Origin: Podarcis liolepis
Taxonomy: Eukaryota
Assembly (NCBI GenBank): GCA_965112155.1
Contig: OZ218099.1
Length of the DNA stretch: 64,000 nt
Strand: one strand, 5' to 3'
The translations under genes were made by a program, and so were the position numbers. Shown here one piece after another: positions 37,421 through 49,738 of this stretch (position 1 is its first letter; every line of letters starts with the position of its first letter). The notes beneath the pieces are model-generated. The model did not search any database. It was not told the origin of the DNA and saw only the letters and a program-made list of their open reading frames with translations.

Positions 37421-39719
37421 CTCCTCATTCCTGATGTAGAAGGTTAGCTATAGCATGGATATATAAAGCTGTTGCCTTACACAGAGTCCTGCTATTACTC
37501 CTAGTGCTAGCTCGCCGGGATCTTGGCAGAGCTCTTTCCTTGTCTGTTTAACAGGGAATGCTGGGGCTTGATCCGGAGGTCTTCTACATGCAACACATGG
37601 GCTCTGTTGCTGAGCTACAGCTCCTGCCCTTCCTGCAACTGACAAATCTGTCTTTAAAATATCTTAGATGAGCCATTTAGGACAGAGCAGCACAGGGAAT
37701 CAGGTAGATCTGGCAGTGACGCACTGAATGAAGACAAACTGCAGCCAGTGCAGCCCTTTATAAGACATTTAAAAAATGATTACATGGAACCACATGACTT
37801 ACCAAGAGTGTCTTGACATGTTTACATTCTCTTTCATGCTAGGCATTGCTTTCACAAATGTGATAAGGAAGCCTGTCTGGGGTGTCTCAAACCCTTCTGT
37901 GATTTTCACTCTTCCAAACAGTACATAATTCACCTGCTGTCTATCAAGCTGCTAACACAGCCAGAAAAGACATTAACTATGTATTAATTATTGAAATCCA
38001 CAGGGAAACATCAACATTTCTAGTATGTACTAAATGAAGCTGCGAGGATTAAGCTGTGGAGTTGGGAAGGAAACAAAGGAAGGGCTGTTTATGGGGAAAT
38101 GAAAGTTTGAGCAAAGATTTGCACTGTTGAGCATCACGTCTGTTCAGTAGTATTAGTTTTCAGAACTAATGTATAAATTAAGAATAAGGAGCTGATGGTC
38201 TTCTCAGCTGGAGCTGATGGCAGTTGGGGTCCAGCAATATCTGGAAGGCCACAGGTTCTACTCCTGGTATAAAACTGTATATATGTTATGCAGATAGAAC
38301 AAAAAACAACTCAACAGTGGTATGTTTGATAAAGCTCTGGATCCTCAGTAACTATGTATAGCTCAGTCCAAAAATCCTGTGTGCGAAAAAGCTCTGTGTA
38401 TTCACATCTGCCTCAGGATGGAGCTATGCATTTGCCCTGACTATTATTTGGAGAGCTGGTCTTGGAGGACAGACCTAGCCAATGATCAGGGATTACGGGA
38501 GTTATAGCCAGTCCAGCAATATGTGGAAGGCCAGAAGTTCTCCTTTCCTTAAAGAAAGGCCATGGACAGGCCCATGCCGAGGTGGGAGGCAGCTAGGTAC
38601 ACTTGCCGTGGGCCTTGGAGGGCTAAGCTGGCTAAGGGGCCTTGCCAGGGGCCTGCTGGACTTAAACTGTCATGCCAAGAAGGCCGCAAGCCTACCAGGC
38701 TACGGATATTCTCCTTTAAGGCAATTGGCTACTTTGCAACAGCATAAAGAAAGTTCAGTTTCTTCCTCTCTCTCTTTTTTTTAATGTGCACCCTTCAGCG
38801 GCTGATTGTGTGCAATCAAATATAGCTCTACTCAGAAACTCAAGGAACAACCCAATAACCTTGAGAGGAGGAAGTACCTACGTAAGCAAATCTCTGAAAG
38901 CATGTTCCACCACAGGTCAACAATGTGCAAAGAAACAGATAGTTAAAGATTGTAACAGGGAGTGCTGCTGCTACAAACAGAACTTTACTCTGGAATGCAA
39001 TGGATGGAACAATCTTTCCTAACCACCATTTGTCCGAGTTTCCATGAAGATCAATATCTTATAATGCGAGTGGCTGTGATTCCCTGCTGCCTCCAGTTCC
39101 ATTTCACCATTACGTAGTTGCCCATCCTTCCGCCTTTTGCTGTTTTCACTTTCTCTCTGTTTTTAAGGTATTGATTAATCTTGACATACCCATTCTTTTT
39201 TAAAAACGTTGTAATTGACTACCCTATAACTTCATCAAGCCTTGCTGCAGCAACCCTACTCATTCCTGCTTTCGGGTGCTGCGTGAGGGGTGGCCATTTA
39301 GAAATCACCAGAAAACAAGAGAAAAGAGGTGGCGATTTGCATAAAATTTGTATAGATGCAAATTTAGAAATAATTGCTATAAATAAAATATAACACAATA
39401 TATCTGACCATAGTGGGGAAGGCTGTGAGGAAGACCCGTGTGCCTGATTAATCTGCTGTCTGAGGGGCTTGATGGGCAATTTCAAGTCCCCTGGTGCCCC
39501 CCCTTCCTAGGGTTCTTGGACTGGAGAGCACTTCAAATAGAGGACACTATTTCACAGAGGACTGCCCTCTGTCCTTCAAATAGTGGACTGTCCTTTGTAA
39601 AGGAGGACACATGACCACCCTAGGCTATAGTAGTGCTATAGTGAGTAGATACTAATAGCAATCAAGAAATCAAAGCAAACATCCATAGAGATCAAGAGGT
39701 TAAAAGTCTCTAGTCTAGA

Positions 39720-39822
39720 GGATTCCCAGAGACATCTGGTTAGCTACTGTGAGAACAGGATGTTGGACTTAGATGGGCCATTGGCCTGATCCAGCAGGCT
39801 CTTTTTTGTGTCCTTATGTTAT
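39720..39822 (+). mobile_element. CR1-type LINE 3' end fragment
   Basis: GAGAACAGGATGTTGGAC...GATGGGCCATTGGCCTGATCCAGCAGGCTCTT...CTTATG, the reverse complement of the 54650 and 49490 ends. Confidence 0.7.
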
Positions 39823-42138
39823 TTAGTTTGGGGCTGAATGAAGGATTGCTGCATCAGTGGTAAAAACTTCTCTTAACAAAGGATTCCTGTACAAAAAAGA
39901 AAAGAAAAGAAAGAAAGAAAGGTGCCTAGGCTTTACTCTAATTCCTTCCTCTCTTCCGAGCCAGATTTTATGATGGGGCCGGGGATCGCCCGCAGCACAA
40001 TGTTTATGTGGCATCAGCTCTGAAGTGCCCTTGACAGAAGCAAATAAAGCTTGCATTAATGGACCCCTGGAATACGTTCAGAGCTGGCACTCTTGGCACA
40101 AAAGTAAATTACAGAATAATTTTGCCTCATTCCTGGATGGGATTCAAGTACTGCACGGAAGAGAAAACAGCATGAAGCCTGCTCAGGAAAACCTATAATG
40201 TAGAAGGAGGATTTTTATTCCGTTGTGCTGGGAATCCTATCCTGCTTCCCCAACCTCCCAAATAATCACTGTCCTCAATTGCCAGAGGGACCAAGGAGTT
40301 TTGTTGGAATGAAACACAACACAAATCACTGCCAAGATGCAGAAGCAGAAAGGCAAATTTTGCCCTATGCTGGGTCCTGAGAGAAATGGAATTCCTGCCT
40401 AGGCCTGGCCCTCTGAAGAGGCAAGGTGCTGCCTCAAGCAGCAGAAGCCCAAGAAGCAGCACCCGCATTGCCTCTGCTGCACCTTCCCGCTCCCTGCTGC
40501 ATCTGCTGCCAGTGGAAAAGTGGCACTGGCTTCTGATGAGATCTTGCCAGAAGCTGGCACCACTGCTGGTGCTTTGTGGGCGCTGCTGCGTCATGCAGGT
40601 AAGAGAGCTGTGGCGCCAGCGGCGGGGGAGCAGGAGCAGCAAAATGGAATGTGCTGTTCCTGTTCCTGCCCTGAGTTATTCTTACAGTATTGGAAGGCCA
40701 TGATGAATTTGTGAATATTCCGTTTATCTAATCCTTTTCAAACCTTCCCACCGCACTGTCTGGCCTGCTGCTGTAAGAACACAGAAATAACCCTCTGCTG
40801 GCTGGTGGTAGCAAAGGCTGTGTGAAATCAGGAAAGGGCCTCATGTTTCCCCCTGCTTTTACATGCTCTCTGTTCCCTGTGTTTGTTCCACATGCCAACA
40901 CGATTCCTCAGGCCCAGGAAGAGGTATGCTGTCTCTAGCAGGATTTTAGCTGCTTCGTTCCCTTGGGAGAAGCATGATGCTTTCTCACTGTCCTGTCAAC
41001 ACAACAGGGGCACAAGAGAAAGTGTTTGCACAAGCCTCTTGTTAAGCAATGTATAAGCCTCTTTCGTTGCAAATTGCCTCACAGACCCAACAGAAACAAA
41101 ACAATCCTTTGGTTAGCTCCTCTGAGTGGACGTTGAAGGAAGGGAAGGATTGAAATACAGCAGATTTTTGAGTTGGTGGTGCCCAGGCTATCACTTTACT
41201 ATAATATTAGAAGACCAAACCAAATATTAACTAGCATTAACCAGTCCTCCGCAGAATGGACGTTGAAGGTGGGGGGAAGGTTTTTGTGGCTATGCGTGAT
41301 ATTGGCCTGGCAATATCTTGGTGCACAGGTAGTAGCGCTTTGGGTTTCAATATAGGCAAGTGAACTGGCAGAACTTAACAGCTCTGGGCTACATAAATAC
41401 CTAGACCTTTAAAAACAAACAAACAAACAAGGATCCTCTGGGACAAAGCAGTAATGAAGAATATCAAACACAAAGGGCCCCAAGAGGTGTCAGGCCCAGT
41501 CCTACCAATAGGAAGAGTGAGGTGGCTGCCTCAGGCAGCTATTTTGGTTGTCATGAAAGGGCAGCAAAATGTGAGGTGTTTGAATGATTATTGTATTTTT
41601 ACTCCCAGGGAGAAGTGCTTGTGAGCTTTTCTACTTCAGGTGCCAAAATAACTTGGCCAGCCTTGTATACTATGCTCTTTGCCTTAGGGAGGGAAGCCCC
41701 ATTTGTTAATCTACCTCAGGCAGCAAAGTTTCTTGAGTCTTTTCAGAGAGGAACCAGTTCCACATTGAGGTCCCTGGGATGGCTGGGGAGGGGGGCATTT
41801 GAAAAGTGCTGAAGATCAGTATTATTGCTAATCCAATAAAACAGGGGTCAGCAATGTGGCACATGCAGGTGTACGTGTGTCCAACGGTACCTGCTATGGT
41901 GCCCGTGAAAGTCTTAGTAAACATTCCATGAAAAATCCACCGTGTATGAGAAACTGTTTTCCTACTCAGCTCCTGTTTGCACTGGCTCAGTTTCTCCTAC
42001 ATTAAACATGCCCTCTTCAACATGCCCACATTTGACGGGATGCCAGGACTGAATACCCACCCATGCATCAGTTCTGAACCAAGAGGTGAAAAGAGCTTTC
42101 ACCTGGTGTAGGTGCCTTCCCCCACTGATGTCTGCACT

Positions 42139-42365
42139 TAGGGTTGCCATATTTCAAGAAGTGAAAATCTGGGCACAAAGTTGAGCTTTTCTTTGCAAAA
42201 TCTTGAGGGGGGGATTTAGTTTGTAAGCTATTTTTTAGGAGATTCACCAAAATCTACACTTCCAACATGGGCTGCCATACATCTGGATTCACCCACATTT
42301 TAAAAGCAATTCTGCCCTGTTTCTGAGGGCCAAATCCCAGCTGTGTCTGATGTATGGCGGCCCTA
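42139..42365. mobile_element. hAT (Tip100-like) MITE
   Basis: TAGGGTTGCCATAT / GTATGGCGGCCCTA ends; internal similarity to 43484-43638. Confidence 0.65.
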
Positions 42366-43483
42366 CATTCACTAGTTAGTGTTCCTGTTCCTGCCTCTTT
42401 TTCGGTTCTTTTATAAGTGGCAGCCATTTTGTGTTATGTCGTGGCAGCCATTTTGTGACTGCCACCCAACATTCCAAAAGTACCCACTGGCCCCAAACAG
42501 TTGGCAAACCCTGTACTAGAAGGAAGCATTAGGTCTTCTCTGCTAGCAAACAATGAAATTGTGCAATAGAGAGCTTGTTTTATCTGCATGTAGTGAAAAG
42601 AGGGTTAGGTTACTATTATTTTATTCATGTTGTGAGAAGCAGAACAGGCAAAACTGAGAGCTCCCAATCTATAACCCACCTCTTTCCCCTGATTCTCCTT
42701 CACATTACTGAACAAAAACACACAAAATATTTTATTGGCATGACAAGATTATCCCTGAACAGGCGCCAAAATATAAAGGGTATAAAGGAATGAGCTGCTC
42801 TGGTTTCTTTCAAATCTTGACCTACTGCTGTTGGAATACAACAATATGAGGTTTCAAGTTACATCAAACCCTTCATTTTTCAGGTGTCACAGTAAATAAT
42901 TACACTGTGCTTCAGCTATGTAACCATACACGTTTAATCATCCGTGCATCCACACATTTAGCAAAAAATCACTGCAGTCTATGTACAAAACCACAGTGCT
43001 TGATTACTAGGGAAGATACAAAATATATGCAAATATTTCCACACATAAGTACATCCTTAGAGCAAACAGTTCGGAAAAAGTTAAACATCGGGTGCTTGCC
43101 ATTGTTTTAATGATTCATGAAGCTAAGAATCTCTTGTTAATCCACTGTTGTTTAAATCTGGTCCTGAATTTCAGTTCTTAGGACTTGTGTTGAATATAAC
43201 TGCAAACGTTTGCATATACTGATACCTTTAGCTGAAACACGCAAAATATATTGCAACATCTTACCCTCTCTCTCACTTTCTAGTCTGTACCCCGTAAGGA
43301 AATTGGCAGGTTGTTCCTAATCTTGTAGAAACAGGGGCAGGGAGTCGACTCTAAACTGCTGAAGGGATCCATGGGTGAGGAGTGCAGAACTCTCCCCCCC
43401 CCCCCCACTTGCCACTTTCCTCCTGTCAGCACTGGATGTCAACTGAGGATAAAAGTGCTCTGTGTGTATGTGTGTGCGTACGC

Positions 43484-43638
43484 TAAGGTTGCCATATTCC
43501 TAAAAAGGGGGTGGGGATTCCCAAAGTTGTTGAGCTTTTTTTGCAAAATCTCAGAAAAACTCAATTTCTGCCCCGATACTGTTTACGAGGGGTGAATACC
43601 AGCTGTGTCTGGGAAATTCCAGATATATGGCAACCCTA
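43484..43638. mobile_element. hAT (Tip100-like) MITE
   Basis: TAAGGTTGCCATAT / ATATGGCAACCCTA TIRs. Shares GTTGAGCTTTT..TGCAAAATCT and CCAGCTGTGTCTG with the 42139 copy. Confidence 0.7.
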
Positions 43639-44383
43639 GTTTGTGCAGATTTTGAATCTATAAACTGTGGGCTGACTGCTACTAACAATGGACTTGTCTT
43701 ACTATAAACATGCAAATTTGTTATAATCAGTTTATCTGATTACTATAGAACTGGGAATATAGGGACAAAATTTGTGTGTGTGTGCTCAAGTTTCCCAAAC
43801 TTCTGAGTTTATTTAAAGTCGTAATTGACCCCAACCCAAATTCTTAGGAATGTAAATGAAATAAAGTCAAGAAACAGGAATATATAATCTACATTTATTA
43901 ATTAGCAACCACCATTCCTAGGAACCATAACATGTAAAAAACAAGGAAGAGAACCAAGAGAAAATAATAATGATACCATATGCATCTGTACATGTCCATG
44001 CCTTTTATTTCTAAGGTTCCTAGTTCCTAGTTCTTGGTGTGTGTTTTTGCACTATATCTTGTAAATTTATTTTCCACCCAAGGCCTGCTTTGATTCCTAG
44101 GCCTTTATTCACTCCCTGCACAGTCCCATCAATCCCAATGGGTCAGTATTGACCACTTTGGAAACTAGCTGGTTTCTGCATGCATGGTCACCCCTGGAGG
44201 ATTGCAGCATCAACTGGTGACTTGCATAATACCACAGCTAGAACTTCATTTTCACCTTATATCACACTTTGCCTTTCAGCAGAGTAGCTTCATACAAGCA
44301 GCTGTGTTAGCTAAGCTTGAGTAATTAAGTTAAATACGTGTAAGCAGTGCTTATGGATGTGCTAGTACTCCATACCAGTGAGT

Positions 44384-44384
<1 letters not shown>

Positions 44385-44459
<75 letters not shown>
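44385..44459. repeat. Compound (CT)n(CA)n microsatellite
   Basis: Direct reading. Confidence 0.95.
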
Positions 44460-45527
44460 GTATATGTGTATGAGCCCTGTGTAAGAGATGTCTTAAGAGG
44501 GAGTGGGTAATACAGTTTGTTGTGCCTGCTCTACTGCATTTGCTTTCAGTATCAGAGAAGTCACCATGTTTGATGAACAGTGAAAAGAGACCATAATATA
44601 TGCCCCTGGACGTCGTAAGAAAGGCATGGTAATAGAAGTCACCTGTGGTTAGCAGGAATTTCTTCAAGGGTACCTAGCCGGTAGTAAAGGAGGGCACCCT
44701 ACAATCCATGGATGGAACTGAACTGGACTAGCATTTGGATCTTAATTCAACACTGGTAATGGAACAGCATCTTCCACAGCATCTGATGGGCTGGCTTAGG
44801 GGGTGGCGCACACCGATCTACCTCCCCACATCTCACTGCTGCTGCCTGCCTCTCAGCATCTGCTGCCTGACCTCACTCTGCCTAACAATAGGGCCAGTCT
44901 TGCAACCTAGTGGGGAAGTTCTGTAAACTGGGTCTGTGTTTTGTTCTTACGTCTTGGAATACCTGTAGGCCAAGAATTTGTGGGGGTTGGTGGGGGTTGT
45001 AAATAATCTCTTACATGGCAAGTCTTTAGCACAAGCAGTTTTGAGAGAAATGGTTAAACATCAGGAATGTAAAGATTTAATGATTCATGAAGCACAGTAT
45101 CACTGCCTGCCCGCCCCAATGCATTTGCTTTGCACTTTGATTCTTTAGTGATAGAGGTCTGGCCTGGAACCCAATACCATATTATGTTGTTTGGTTTGTG
45201 TCTGAGGCAGTTTATTATTAATAATATAAACAAACCAATTCTGCCTGCAACCTTAGTTGCTAAGCGGAGGAGTGTTTTGTCTGGAGATGAATAAAAGGCC
45301 AGGGGAAAAAACAAGAGGGTGAGGGCCAAGAGGAGAGTGGGCCTTAAGGAGTGCTTAGCTAGTGTACTTAGCTGGAGGCCAAGGCCTCAGAAAAAGGAAC
45401 CATTCTCAAACTAGTGTTCCGGACCAGGCAAATGGTGCTCTCTTTGGGTCATGAAGAAATGGTACTCAGTAGCACTAGACTGGAGGCAGCAACTCCTCAC
45501 TGCTCCCCCCTTCCCCAAGAGATAGGC

Positions 45528-45665
45528 CAGGAGTGGGGAATTTGCCACCCCCCCGATGTTGCCAGATTATAAAACCCATCACCTCCGACCATTGGCCATG
45601 CTGACAGGGACTGATGGAAGTTGGAATCCAACGGCACCAAGAAGGCCACTGGTTCCCCACTCCTG
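45528..45665. mobile_element. hAT-type MITE
   Basis: Perfect 13-bp TIR CAGGAGTGGGGAA / TTCCCCACTCCTG and family core GACCATTGGCCATGCTG. Confidence 0.7.
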
Positions 45666-48600
45666 CAGTGAGATGCTCCATAGGCACTCCTATGAGGGAC
45701 AATTCCTTGTTAGAAGAAAGCACTGGAGTATTATGCTGCTTTTGTATTAAATCTGTAAGTTTAGAATGAAGGCAAGCCCTTGTCCAACTAGACATGACTA
45801 GTCTTTCATTTTGTTTCTATTTTGCTGGTAAAACTAGTTATTTTTAATAGTTACAGATTGTGAAATACAGTGACAATGCAAAAAATACAAAAAAGTGCGG
45901 CATTTATAAACACATATACCATTGCAAAGGATTTATATGGTTTGAAGTCTGTGTCATATTTCATCTTCTTAAAATGGATATAAAGAGAAAAAGCTCCCAA
46001 ATAAAATGGCACCTTTTTCTATCTTGCTTTAAGGCAGGAATGAACGGGATCCTGTTCGCAGGGTGAATTCAAAAATCTCTCACCCACATGGGCCAGCTTT
46101 GACAGATGGTCAGGACCACCCACTTGTTAATCACCAGAGATCAGGTTAGTGACACCTGTCAAAGTTCAAAGGAGGTAACTGTAACTGCTGAGCAGCTAAC
46201 TGGAGGTTACAACAACCTCCTTTGAAGATGCACTTTCAGCATTACAGTAGTCAGCTGACTGGAGGCATTCGTCTTTAAGAGGCTTGCTGTAACTGATCCT
46301 GGCTACAGAGAACCCCTTGGAAGCATCTGCAGAAGGGGAAATGCTTCATTTTTCATGGGATGCTGTACTTTGAATCCAAACTGCTTCATCTGGAGAGGAA
46401 AAATGCTCTATTTAAATTTTTTTTTAATTCAAATTCAGAATGAGGCACTTTTTGTTTTTACAGTAACCTTTTATTGCTTCTTCATCCCAGAATCCTAGAA
46501 GTAACCTAATACCTACAAGCACCTAGAAGACTAAATTCAGTCTACAATCTCCATCTATAGACTAGGACTTGTGCTACAAGTAGAGAAAGTGGGAGACATG
46601 TCCTCTTGCCTTATCCTGTTTCCCTTCCTCAATGGCCATAGGGAATCCCTGTGCCTCTAGAAGGAAGGCAGGAGTCATTGAGAGAAAGGGCTTGCCCAAT
46701 TTCTGTCACTCTGAGTTCCAGGAAAGCCTTTAACAATTCCTGGGAAGCTCGCCATTGCTCTCCTGCTGCTAGGGGGAAGGAGGCCAGAGAGCTGCACTCC
46801 CCAAAACCCTGACATGTTCTTGATGGAGAACTGTTGATGGAGAGACTTCATTGCCAAAGTACAAAAATAACACATCATCATCATCAAACCTTTTATTGGC
46901 ATCACATACAACATCCAAACAAATCAATACAGAATTACCACTTCCCCAGTGGCAAAAAACATTTGCTAAAAGAAAGGAGGCAGAGCAGTCTATCGTCACA
47001 AAAAATAACACAACCACAAGTATATTAAACCACAAGTGTAATACAACTTCTTAAATTGTATGTTATTTATGTATTTTCTTTATGTATGTATTTATTTTTA
47101 AATATTTGTACATGGAATTTTTTATTGAACTATAAGTCACTTTAAGATTTTTTTTGTATGGCTCAGGCTGCAATATATGTGGAGTTAGAGGCAGGGCTGA
47201 GGGGCACTGGAAGAGCTGGCAAATTTTATCCTTGTTCTGCTTCCCCTTCAGAGAGCGGAGGAGTGGGTGCTGGGAACACACCCTAGAGGCCTTCCACAGT
47301 CAACCACAATCCCATTATTAAAGCACTCAGCAGCTATGGAGCCATTATCGCTAATGGTGCCACAAAGGACTGGGTTCTGGTGGTAAAGTGGGGGTGGGAA
47401 GAGTTGGAGTCAATTCTCAACTGAACAGGAGAGGTAGTTGCATATGCTGAGCAGTTCAAGCAGCCAAAAGTTCCTTCACCAGAGAGTAGTTGAGTTTCCC
47501 TTCCCGCAATGACCTTTGGCAAGGTAGATATGTATCAGCATTGCTGAGCTAGGAGTGCGTTTCTAATGTGCTGCTGCATGGAAGCTCATCTTCCTCCATT
47601 GTGATTCTTAGGCAAGAATCCCATGCTACCTGGAGCCTGTGGCTCTATAACAAGGGCTGTCTGTCTGGGCAAGAGAGGGTGCTGCCACTATGCCATCTGT
47701 TCCACTGCTCCACTAATCAATACCCCCACCCCCTCTCTTCCCAGTAATAACGACATTCATACCCCACTGTTTCTCCAAGGAGCTCAAGGTGGGATGCGTA
47801 GTTCTCACCCCTGTCCGTTTTATCCTTGCAAAAACCTGTGAGGTAGGTTAGGCTGAGAGACAATGGCTGTGTACACCTTACAGGCTTAAAACTCAGCTAG
47901 GTCATTCTTTATCTCAATTCAGATCGAAGCTAGTTTGAGGGGAAATGCATCAAAGTATTTACTAAGTAATTTTGGGATAGATATGGATTATGGCTAATGT
48001 GTACCATGCTTCCTGGTGGGGGGCCACACTGGATGCAGAGTAAACAGTAGTGTGTACACAGCCTATGGGTGGCCCAAGATCACTTAGCAAACTTCATGGC
48101 TAAGTAATTGGACCACAACACCACACCAGGGTGACAGAGGACCAGTGTGGATATGGGCAAAGATTAAAAGACAGGTGCATGGGCGTAGCCAGGATTTTTG
48201 TTGGGGAGGGGCAGGACTTTTGTGGGGGGGCAGAACCAATGTGATTGGTCAGTTAGTTAAGTATTTCTATTGTTTTATGGCCATGGACAGGTGGTGGGAA
48301 AGGACAGGAGGTCCATTAGCTGTATCCTTTTTCTGTCTTCAAAAAAAGGTTCTGCTTCCGAGTTGGCACACCTTTCATGTAATACTAATAATGTTTATTG
48401 TATATAAAGTCCTTCAACAAGCTAGCTCCTGCCCAGTACGAAAGAAATGGGCTCTGCCTGCTATCAAGCTTATTATCTACATGTCAACACCTTGAGGACA
48501 GGTGAAAGAACAGAAAAGGAATGGCGGGGGAAAGGAAAGGAAAGGCAGAGACTGAAGGACAAAGGCTCAAGGGAAGAGGTGCATTTTCATATGTAGTGTA

Positions 48601-49487
48601 AACAAGGACAAGAAAGGAAAATTGCAGATGTGAGGGAGGCAGTGAGTGTCAGAGAAAAGGGGCAGCCAGAGAGAAAGAACAAGAAGAGTGTGACATAGAG
48701 GAAGCAAACTGGGGCAGAGGTGATGGAGAGAGTAAATAGACAGAACGAGAAGAAGATGTAGATAAAGGGAAGGACAAAGAGATTTGTAAACAAAAACTAT
48801 AGTAGCTTAAACTAGGCCCCACAAGGAAACAAAAGCCAAAGCGAGAAGTGCATCAAAGAAGAAATGTAGGCAAAGGAAGATATAGCACAAACATACACAG
48901 TGATATAAATTCATGTGTTGTTTTAATCCTTACAGCAACCCTGTAGGATAAGTCATGAGACTGAGAGAGATTTTCCAAAGGCCATGCCGTGACTTAATGG
49001 CAGAGGTGAGATTTGAATCAGGGTGTCACTCTACTTAGATTTTTTATTACAAGTTTTTATTTCATTTATGGCTGCAAGGTCCCCAACCCTGCACAAAGCT
49101 AGAATTGACAAAACTCAATTATTTATTTAAAACTGTGATCAGCAGCATAGCTATCTCTACCCACACCCAAGCAGGAAGGCTATCCCGCATTAGTTACACC
49201 CTCCACCAGGAGTGTGGCTTGGAGCTAGCTGGAGCATTGTGTTCCATCTATAATGTGGTTTGAACATACGTATTTCATGGCTTGTTTTGTTTGTGCTGAA
49301 TGCTCCTAAGCAGAGGAAGCTAGCAAGGAGCCATCTTGTCCTGACCACCCTGACAATGTGTTCCCATTGCCTTTCTCCTCTCGATTCCAACTGAATCTCC
49401 TGCCCGTCCCTAAAACCTTGTCACCAACTTTGCTTTGAGCTTGGAAGGGAGGCCCACAAGGTGGATTTTGTTCTAAGAGCATGACTG

Positions 49488-49738
49488 TAAGAACATAAAA
49501 ATTGCCCTGCTGGATCAGGCCAAAGGCCCCTCTAGTCCAACATCCCCTTTCCCACAGCAGACAGCCAGATGCCTCTGGGAAGCCCCTAATTTGGATGTGA
49601 GTGCCCATCACCCTCTCCTGCTGTTGCTTCCCAGAAGCTGGAATCCGGAGACATGCAACCTCTGATACTGGAGGAGGGAGTACAGAGCCGTAGCAACTAG
49701 TAGCCATTAATAACTTTACTCTTCGTGAATTTGTCTAG
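49488..49738 (-). mobile_element. CR1-type LINE 3' fragment
   Basis: TAAGAACATAA...CTGCTGGATCAGGCCAAAGGCCC.TCTAGTCCA, collinear with 54650-54900. Confidence 0.7.

Noticed and set aside
40530-40560. CTGATGAG as a hammerhead core or snoRNA C box
   Set aside because: No stem II followed by GAAA, and no proper RTGATGA / CTGA terminal stem.
40193-40642. 149-aa minus-strand ORF with a signal-peptide-like MRVLLLGLLLLEAAP
   Set aside because: No recognisable domain and no convincing splice partner. The Leu run is explained by GCA/AGC-rich low complexity.
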